DNA of 64,000 nt from an uncultured virus (IMG/VR IMGVR_UViG_3300021197_001546) (lineage: Duplodnaviria > Heunggongvirae > Uroviricota > Caudoviricetes), in IMG/VR virus record IMGVR_UViG_3300021197_001546; one strand, written 5' to 3'. Below, piece by piece: positions 57,001-64,000 of the stretch. A program made the position numbers and the translations under genes. Each line of letters begins with the position of its first letter. Within the stretch, counting starts at the first letter, position 1. The notes below the pieces were generated by a model. It was not told the DNA's origin, did not search any database, and saw nothing but the letters and a program-made list of their open reading frames with translations.

Positions 57001-59747
57001 TTGCATTGAGAATTTTCGATCAAGATGATGTCTGGTTAGACGGAAATAATCCACGATTTGATTTACTTCAACCAATACCCGATTTTACAAACCTTGATCA
57101 TGTGAGCATGAAAGAATCGGAAGCGATTTCTTGGAGAGACTTGATTGGCGTAAACGGTATGGTTGTGGATAAGGCTTCAGGTGCCGCATCTACTAGTCGT
57201 CCGTCTGGATTCTTTGACTTTTATTACGACAGAGGAATGGGTGTCATGGGCGAAGCAGTTCCTATGGCATGGGGAACCGCTCCAGGCCCACCCGCAAATC
57301 CAGATTTAATTACTGCCGCTCCTTACATGGCACAATATTTAAAGCCAGGGGCCGTGTCGGGTAATTTTTGGGGCGCTGAGGCGAATGATACAACAGACGG
57401 ATCAAGAAGATGGGAATACCAGAATTTTGATGAGAGCAATACAGAGGTTCATTGTGTCGGACTTTGGGGATATAACGGGAGCGGAAACGGTTTCAATGTT
57501 CCCTATAAAATCCCAGGCACTGGCGGGACAGGAGAACCGCCCGCAGAGTATGACATGGTAGCACTAAAAAATCATATCGACGAAATAATGGACAGGGGCT
57601 TCGTTTTTAGTACAGGACTGATTCCATTCGTCGGAGCATTAGAACCCGAAAAAAGAAACCGAGAAGAAATCATACGCTACATCTGCTCCACTCAAGGGCA
57701 GGGTGGCAGAAAAGATATTCCAGCAGATCTTTCTGCTATACCATACGAAAACCCTCAATCAGTGTCTCATGAAAGAATCAGTTCTCTTCAATATAACGAT
57801 GATCTAAGAATCAACAGTATGATCGCCGGTGACGGAAGAGGATTGCTGGGTGCTCCGGGTGCCCAAAACGGGCCGGCCGCATCGAACTTCATCGATATAA
57901 CTCCCGATAACCGATACACAACTCCGGTCATACCTTCAACTGTTGAAGAACACGCAAGACAATGTGCTCTGGGTGTAATCGCAAGAATAATTACTAAAGG
58001 GAATCCAGAAAAACCATGTCTTTTCTTGTATGGAATAGGAAGTAATACCATGCCAGAATGTGCATACTTCGACGAAAAGTCGTTCGAAGAAGGATCAGGT
58101 CAGGTTGGAGGAGATCTAAATCAATGGTTTAAAGACAACAGTGTGGAAATATCAAGATCTAGAACATACACTCAAGTACGTTCGGACTATGACGATGACC
58201 CAAATGCATACAGAGCAAGTCCTGTTGGGCCCAGATTATATTTCCATGAAGATGACGCACTTGAGACTCATTACGAATTCGCTGGTGGTGTATCTCATCA
58301 AGTTTATGAACCAATTTCCTATGATAGTTGGCAAAATGGAGGTGAAAATTTAGCAGAGGATTTAGGGATCGATGTCGGAGAACTGAAAACAAAATATCCA
58401 ATTACTCCTTACAGGGCATGGACTCCGTGGATGAGTAACGGAATCGAACACATGAAGAGATGGGTGGATTCTTTCTGTAAAACTTATAAAGAAGAACAGG
58501 CATACTGGAGTGATAGTGGTATCACTATCGCCGACCCACACAGATTCATGATCAATACCGACCCTGGCTTCTCCCCGCAAATCTACGCACAGAGCCCCTT
58601 TGTTGATTTTGCTCTCATGAAGAAAGATCCAAGATTTTCAACTGAAGTTATTCCTGGCTGGGGGAGAACACTACAGCAAATGCAGGATGCTACTCCATAC
58701 GCTGCGTTGAATATTGCACCAGAAGCGACTGCTGCTGATGGCGTTGGTCAAGAAATATCATGCGGAACATGGGACTGGGTAGGCAACAGTAACGGAGGAA
58801 AAGTAGGAGAAATTTTTACATCTAATTTCACATCACCCGACGGCCGACCCGTTCCTTTCCCACAGAAAACGGGTGACGGAAAATGGTGGCCGAGATCCGA
58901 TGCGAATCCTTGGTGGTTGCCGAATCGGGGTCAAGCCCCCTCCACCTTCGGCAGAAGACGGTATGATCTGATCACATTTGAAAATTGGTTGCACGGTATT
59001 CTACATGTAGCAAAACAGGGAGCCGCTCAAGAGGGATTGTTTAAACCCTTCCGATCTCATTTTCCCCATGTTGGTTGTACTGACTACAACGACACTACAT
59101 CCTCGGACCCCGTACCACGAGATTCTGTAAAAAAATGGGGAACCGGCCGCTCCGAAGACGATGGTGCAGTTTACGACTACAATCTATTCGTAGATGATAT
59201 TGCGACTCCGATGATGTATAAACCACCATACGCTGAATGGCAAGATAAAGATGGCAATTCGTATCCTGATGAGTTTGAAAGGAGATTGTTCTACTGGTCT
59301 GAAACTATTGACAGAATACTCAATAGCGACATGAACCAGACTCTAATAGGAACTTCAATTAGTCCCTATGATCCCGAAGGATCTTTCCGTTTCACTCCAT
59401 CTGGCAGGAATATAATTCCTTGGGTTCACACACCAACTGCGAATCCGACATCTGAAAATCCACCAGAAACAAATGAAACTTTTGCAGAGTTTGTAACTAT
59501 GCTGTCGGAAAAGGGCATCAAAGAAATTATTACATGGATAGGGCCTTTTACACCCGCCGGCGAGATTCATGCTTTGCCCCAAGTACCATTATCTACTGGA
59601 GGAAGGAATGTCTTTGGTGGTATGGAGGAATTTATAAACCCAACGGACGGTCCTGATCCTGGCCAGGACGACGGTCCAGATCCTGGCGGCGGTGGAGGTG
59701 GTGGAGGTGGTGGTCCTGGCTCTACGCCTGGAGGACCACGACCCTAA
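54078..59747 (+). CDS. Giant late protein (1889 aa) with several putative glycoside-hydrolase-like barrels
   Basis: VLLNIEHP...LLPNIKVG...DLITPVLY and similar later motifs; TACATA at 54037. Confidence 0.55.
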   Translation: MSVEETHNFKYDPYTEFVTLSADLIFDSSVVDNIEQEFPVPQLDRRIAISHATEGTARVPYAIQNYSRGETFIISSADCSADDGTNITSFVNTTTETITSTFEAFLDQQDEFGIDRSTYLNSNSTGTVLLNIEHPYSLVNTDEIEQIDLVNFAVGIMNRILAIKSLLPNIKVGVLGLGQPHPLGDESSLFSSYQSILSMTPHPDDSSIKIIELVDLITPVLYQVQERGTEEWNKIYRGERSIHMKTISDILQSSGNNKPIKPVMAFEYQSGPHDGDDASVLNRNEMLLCDSKDFIFVENSPSEFDTATGKRIDLLNTIYDSVSGSNGIMMLDQVFHRDNKYKSNLVEENPFKEWPGGSVLQQVYQKRRMDIWSDNRIGFLFGGNEIDSTVSLDGTTIDFNSDASKSLLMSLSEGDYRAYIDEYVQNVFSYINKNLILSKFKRAKEPQNILCLDIQHKLFDMMFSSEVGGWGIRNGVTARDIDNEVPHDNGTYQPIEMFFDLDDPTKPFGSCSPNFRFYIIQDALVRISNMMRGMVGHNRVTIYNAPFNIVPEDILNLIDPSKNNLGETELQNAFNYAWNSRDLKPLTDAVGYSFHGWQPSPPAHKKNLFDSLVTTYANVVGERGILLCGTYYNAYDAGTNLIDFTQDGWSGLDLSYRGTGEYTTAGNDVGVGFYPINGGVIKYIAEQINDKGVLGVILPEFDISNAITNKLDLNQADVMNNSLGPAQGHIYTVDQTDTDTHRKNKKMFYQWYFGNQLGGLIESPLPLNIIANETHFFKPDRRPMFIHYWAANGSRDVWKLNSQNVATNTPPAWLTNPNATSAEQDYIWWWKENIGEKLYELGARRITVRDPNGDTPGLNQRGFGIPASNWTTGESFAGHKFNDADNYFDDTAYEPPFYDTILTPDEPDRVNGTLQDRSESWKKYIKPWLLEKQALGDPIDFRIYDGYQVVMFGEENGTLDRDPESKIAVPASGNLALRIFDQDDVWLDGNNPRFDLLQPIPDFTNLDHVSMKESEAISWRDLIGVNGMVVDKASGAASTSRPSGFFDFYYDRGMGVMGEAVPMAWGTAPGPPANPDLITAAPYMAQYLKPGAVSGNFWGAEANDTTDGSRRWEYQNFDESNTEVHCVGLWGYNGSGNGFNVPYKIPGTGGTGEPPAEYDMVALKNHIDEIMDRGFVFSTGLIPFVGALEPEKRNREEIIRYICSTQGQGGRKDIPADLSAIPYENPQSVSHERISSLQYNDDLRINSMIAGDGRGLLGAPGAQNGPAASNFIDITPDNRYTTPVIPSTVEEHARQCALGVIARIITKGNPEKPCLFLYGIGSNTMPECAYFDEKSFEEGSGQVGGDLNQWFKDNSVEISRSRTYTQVRSDYDDDPNAYRASPVGPRLYFHEDDALETHYEFAGGVSHQVYEPISYDSWQNGGENLAEDLGIDVGELKTKYPITPYRAWTPWMSNGIEHMKRWVDSFCKTYKEEQAYWSDSGITIADPHRFMINTDPGFSPQIYAQSPFVDFALMKKDPRFSTEVIPGWGRTLQQMQDATPYAALNIAPEATAADGVGQEISCGTWDWVGNSNGGKVGEIFTSNFTSPDGRPVPFPQKTGDGKWWPRSDANPWWLPNRGQAPSTFGRRRYDLITFENWLHGILHVAKQGAAQEGLFKPFRSHFPHVGCTDYNDTTSSDPVPRDSVKKWGTGRSEDDGAVYDYNLFVDDIATPMMYKPPYAEWQDKDGNSYPDEFERRLFYWSETIDRILNSDMNQTLIGTSISPYDPEGSFRFTPSGRNIIPWVHTPTANPTSENPPETNETFAEFVTMLSEKGIKEIITWIGPFTPAGEIHALPQVPLSTGGRNVFGGMEEFINPTDGPDPGQDDGPDPGGGGGGGGGGPGSTPGGPRP

Positions 59748-59750
59748 TCA

Positions 59751-60017
59751 TTAAGGTCGCCGCTGTTCGTCTAGACTCTTGCGAATCCAGAGAAGATCCG
59801 TCTTGATTTCCGCTAGATCAGCACGAATTTCCATACGGAAAGATTCGGCAGTGTCTAATCGAGAATCTAATTCTTTAATTTCTTCTTCGATGTTATCGAT
59901 TCTTGCAGAGTAATTAGCATCTTTTACTGCTGTATTCCACACAAAAGTTGCGAGCGTTAGTGCCCACGCCACCAACATACCAATTACACTCCAATTGGTT
60001 TTGGTCTGTGTCGTCAT
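59751..60017 (-). CDS. Small TM plus coiled-coil protein
   Basis: MTTQTKTNWSVIGMLVAWALTLATFVW followed by a heptad pattern. Confidence 0.6.
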   Translation of the reverse strand: MTTQTKTNWSVIGMLVAWALTLATFVWNTAVKDANYSARIDNIEEEIKELDSRLDTAESFRMEIRADLAEIKTDLLWIRKSLDEQRRP

Positions 60018-60166
60018 GTACGAGTCACCTTTCAATTTTGAAGTTAGACACATTATATAGTGGGTAGAGAAAGTCCCCACGCTACATATAACGATGATCA
60101 CACAAATAAAATTCTGATTTCTATCTAACGCCCATATTGTGGGCGTTTTCTATTGGAAGGGGATCT

Positions 60167-60694
60167 ATGAGAGATAGACAGGTTTTGCTTCTCAACGCCT
60201 CAGAAGAGGTTCTCCGTGTAGTAGATTGGCAGAAAGCAGTTATCTTACTCATGACAGGTAAGGCAATATCACCTTACATGAAAATTAAAGAATACCAAAT
60301 ACAAAGCACCAGTGGCACATATAGATTACCGAAGGTATTGATGCTTTCTCAGTATGTGAGTATACCACACAAAGAAAATTTACCCACTCGCCGAAACGTA
60401 TTGGCGAGAGACAAGTGGACATGTCAATATTGCAACCGAGGCAGTAAAGACAGGACAAAAATGACAATTGATCACGTTATGCCTAAATCCAGAGGAGGAG
60501 ATTCCTCGTGGACGAACTTGGTTGCAGCATGTGAACGGTGTAATTCCCTGAAAGGGAATAAAACACCCAAGGAATGCAATATGAATCTGAAGAAAAAGCC
60601 ATTCCGACCAACATCAATTCAAATGCATCTATCTCGTCTATCAGGAAATGTTTTAGACGAATGGACCCACTGGTTGAATAAAAAAAATGACTAA
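60167..60694 (+). CDS. HNH endonuclease
   Basis: VLLLNAS...RRNVLARDKWTCQYC...TIDHVMPKSRGG.SSWTNLVAACERCNSLKG. Confidence 0.92.
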   Translation: MRDRQVLLLNASEEVLRVVDWQKAVILLMTGKAISPYMKIKEYQIQSTSGTYRLPKVLMLSQYVSIPHKENLPTRRNVLARDKWTCQYCNRGSKDRTKMTIDHVMPKSRGGDSSWTNLVAACERCNSLKGNKTPKECNMNLKKKPFRPTSIQMHLSRLSGNVLDEWTHWLNKKND

Positions 60695-60723
60695 ATAGTT
60701 ATACCCCAACGGAGAAACTACAA

Positions 60724-63380
60724 ATGGCTAAATCATTCTTTGACTTACGAAACGATATCTTTGAAACGCTCACCGAGGCATCCGCCATCGAGAGAAGAGC
60801 AGAACGTGAACAGAAGCAAGCAGACATGGCAAAAGTCGCTGCTGATCAAGATCGCAAAAGAAGAAGAGCCAGGGAGGCACGAGCAGACTATCGACGAGAT
60901 ACTAAGCGTGCAATGGAATCGGTAGAAAATATCGAAGAAGGACCAGCACACCAGAACCCTCTCAAGACTGCCTTCGGTGGTATGAGGGATGCCCAGAAGA
61001 CTCCTTCCATGCAGGCATACTATGCTAAGGTCAAGAAGGATCAAGCAGCCCGTGCTACGAAAACAGCAGCGGAACGTGAGAAGGAAAGATTAGCGAGACG
61101 AGAAGAAGTCGAGCAGGTNNNNNNNNNNNNNNNNNNNNNNNNNNNNNNNNNNNNNNNNNNNNNNNNNNNNNNNNNNNNNNNNNNNNNNNNNNNNNNNNNN
61201 NNNNNNNNNNNNNNNNNNGCAAAGGTCGGTGATACCGTTCACCTCGGACACGCCACTAAAGGCGGTTCTGGTGTCAAGGGTAAGGTCGTAAAGATTGATG
61301 GTAAAAACGTCCACATCAAGAACGACAAGGGTGCGATGTTCAAGGGTCCAATGGATCGCGTTACCGTAGGTGAAGCAATCAAGTATGATTCTGCTGGGGA
61401 CTCAACAGGAACCGTCACTGGTAAAGGTAAGCGAGATCGCGGAGCAGGTGGTGAAGTCAAGGTCACTTATAAGGGTTCCGACACCTACAAGGATGGTGCG
61501 AAACTTCCAATCAAGGCAAGAGACATTGGTAGACTTATCAAGACTGCTCGGAAGAAGGACACCAAACCATACGATTCCCGCAACCTGAAGAACCCCCGTC
61601 TCACCAGAGATCATGTTGAGCATGGTGTGGATGAGGGTATCGAAAACATGACTCCCGCACAGGAACGTGACGCAGACCGCAGACTCAAACCAACTCGCGC
61701 CACTGTCGCTAAGGTAAGACTTCGTGCAGGAGAGAAGGATGTTGCGAAGAGCGTAAAGAAGCATCAGTCCGAGAAGGGTGGAAACCCAGGCAACACCAAG
61801 AAGCGTAGAATCCGTGATCTCCGTCTTCGGGATCATGTTGAACTCGAAGAGGCAAAGTCCAAGGATATCGTCAAGGGTCTTACCGACATGGACGGTCCCT
61901 TCACCGTTGTTGCCATCAAGAACAACAAGGTGATCAAGCAAGAAGGCACCAAGATGCGAAACATGCTTCCCGCCATCGTCAAGATGATGCGTAAGGAAGT
62001 CGGTGTCAATGTTACTATCGGTATTGAGGACAGAAAAGGAACCATTCGCGGCACCTTCAAGGAAGATGTCGAACTAAAGGAATCCTTTGAGTTCCAATTC
62101 GCAGACAAAGAAACCGCACAGGAGTTCATGCGAGAAATCTCACAGAAAAGATTAGGATCTTCGACTGGAACCAGTGATGGTAAGGTCAGGACAGAGGGTC
62201 CAGCAGGAGCAGGTGTCGGTAGTCCAACACGGGCGCATCAGCAGATGGCAAAGATCATGAAGAAGCATGGTGGTAAACTACTACGCACAGACGAGGGCCC
62301 TCGCATGAAGAGAGTCTTCAAGGAAGATGTCGAACAGGTTGATGAACTCAGTGCAAAGGCATTGAAGAAATATAGAGTCAAGTCTATGAAAGATCGTGAA
62401 GATACCGTTCGTCAGGGTTATGATCCCTCGACAGGACAACTCGATCCGAAGTCAGAGAAGAGAAGAAAGAAGAGACTCGCAGGATTCTCCAAAGCGAAGA
62501 AGAAGTTAGTTGCCGCAGCAGAGGATGTCGAACAGGTTGANNNNNNNNNNNNNNNNNNNNNNNNNNNNNNNNNNNNNNNNNNNNNNNNNNNNNNNNNNNN
62601 NNNNNNNNNNNNNNNNNNNNNNNNNNNNNNNNNNNNNNNNAGGGTTATGATCCCTCGACAGGACAACTCGATCCGAAGTCAGAGAAGAGAAGAAAGAAGA
62701 GACTCGCAGGATTCTCCAAAGCGAAGAAGAAGTTAGTTGCCGCAGCAGAGGATGTCGAACAGGTTGACGAACTCAAGAAGTCCACTCTCATGAGTTACAA
62801 GGATAAGGCTAAGAAGAGTGAACGAAGCGGTAGAGACACAGGGTTCGAGGGTGAAACCTCATCCGAACGAGAAGCAGGCGTTCGACAGGTGAAGAAAAGA
62901 GTAAGGGGTATTGATCGTGCAACCAAGAAACTCGTCGCTCGTCAATATGAAGATGTCGAACAGGTTGATGAAGTCTCGTCAGACACCCTTCGGTCTTATG
63001 TCCACAAGAGAAGAGGACAAGTTCAGAGTGATCTCTATACTGGCAAGCACTCCCCAAAGACTAACAAGAAAGCAAAGGGCGTATCTGCTGCACTCTCTCG
63101 TCTTGATGCCCGCAAGAACAACCTAGAGCCAAAACTCAAGAGGGAAGAAGTCGAGCAGGTTGATGAACTCAAGGTAAAAACCTTAAGATCCTACATCAGC
63201 AAGGCACAGAAGGACAACACCAAACGTGTCACCCGAATGGCAGACAAACCAGATCATATGCCTACGGACAAGGGTGAGATGGACAAGTTACGAAAGCGAC
63301 AAAAGGGTGTGGTAAAGGCGAAGACCGATATCGACATGCGTAAGATCGCTGGTAAAGACTACAGAAAGCGAATGAAATGA
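60724..63380 (+). CDS. Basic repeat-punctuated protein, probably an internal head polyprotein; likely one gene broken by scaffold gaps
   Basis: Recurrent E(D/E)VEQVDE(L/V) linkers between K/R-rich modules. After the second gap the frame reads EDVEQVDELKKSTL straight into the 62790 ORF. TAAATA at 60692. Confidence 0.6.
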
Positions 63381-63970
63381 GATTCCGATTCGCAATCAAT
63401 GAAGAGGGCGGTGCAGGAGAAGAAGGCACCAAGAAACTCCTCAAGCGTTATAAGAAAGACACTCCTGGCGAGAAGATGTGTGAGAAGGTCTATGCCGACT
63501 CGGGTCTTGGTAAGTGGTTTGGAGCAGGAGGAAAAGGTGGAGTCGGTAAAGGTGGATGGGATAGATATAACACTAAGGGTGAACGTCTCGGTAAGTGCGG
63601 AGACGGCAAACCAGGCGAGGGAACTCCCAAGTGTCTGTCCGCCAATAAAGCACGCCGACTGAAGGCCAAAGGTGGGAAGTCTGAAATTGCAAACGCAGTC
63701 AAGAGAAAGAAAGCAAAAGATCCAGTGAGGGATAAACCTGGCACTGGAAACAAACCAGTCAATGTCTCCAATAGATTAGACAAGAAGGAAAGCGTCATGA
63801 AATTACCCAACGGATACCTTACAGAGAAGAACAAACCAACCGATCCCAAGAAGTGGGCTGCTGCCGTATCAAAGGCAAAATCCAAGTTTGATGTCTATCC
63901 ATCTGCATACGCAAACGCATATGCATCCAAAGAATATAAGGCCGCCGGCGGGAGTTGGATAAAAGCATGA
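63377..63970 (+). CDS. Basic hypothetical protein, possibly an internal head protein
   Basis: ATGA-coupled; WAAAVSKAKSKFDVYPSAYANAYASKEYKAAGGSW. Confidence 0.65.
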   Translation: MRFRFAINEEGGAGEEGTKKLLKRYKKDTPGEKMCEKVYADSGLGKWFGAGGKGGVGKGGWDRYNTKGERLGKCGDGKPGEGTPKCLSANKARRLKAKGGKSEIANAVKRKKAKDPVRDKPGTGNKPVNVSNRLDKKESVMKLPNGYLTEKNKPTDPKKWAAAVSKAKSKFDVYPSAYANAYASKEYKAAGGSWIKA

Positions 63971-64000
63971 AGTTACCAAAAGGAAAACTAAACGAATGCT

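Noticed and set aside
60167..60694. HNH nuclease as part of an intron or intein
   Set aside because: Free-standing ORF between intact genes, with no interrupted host gene
62414..62767. 127-bp exact duplication and apparent stop/frameshift in the head polyprotein
   Set aside because: The copies flank a 100-N scaffold gap, so this is most likely an assembly overlap artefact
1..64000. Alternative genetic code (stop-codon reassignment)
   Set aside because: Core genes are full length in the standard code, TAA, TAG and TGA all end genes, and no suppressor tRNA was seen

Overview
A 64-kb fragment of a large T4-like myovirus genome, probably environmental or metagenome-assembled, with two N gaps near 61.1 and 62.5 kb. 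1-11.3 kb is a T4-like baseplate/tail module (gp5, gp27-like hub, gp53, gp48, gp4, gp2, gp19/54-like, gp26, gp51, gp29-like) plus gp32 and gp33. 11.3-16.1 kb holds two large putative virion proteins. 16.1-36 kb is a mostly minus-strand early/accessory region: many small ORFs, seven tRNAs, candidate structured RNAs, a Mom-like DNA modifier, a DenV-like glycosylase, a prepilin-like protein, a signal-peptide i-type lysozyme, a divergent AAA-ATPase/vWA pair, and sigma70-type promoters that repeatedly have a 16-bp spacer, two of them with tandem DnaA boxes. 37.9-59.7 kb is a run of six large late proteins with glycan-active-looking domains; one carries a complete berberine-bridge/AA7-like flavin oxidase domain, the most striking feature. 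59.7-64 kb has an HNH nuclease and a repeat-punctuated basic protein resembling a cleavable internal head polyprotein. All calls come from motif recognition by eye; no searches were run.
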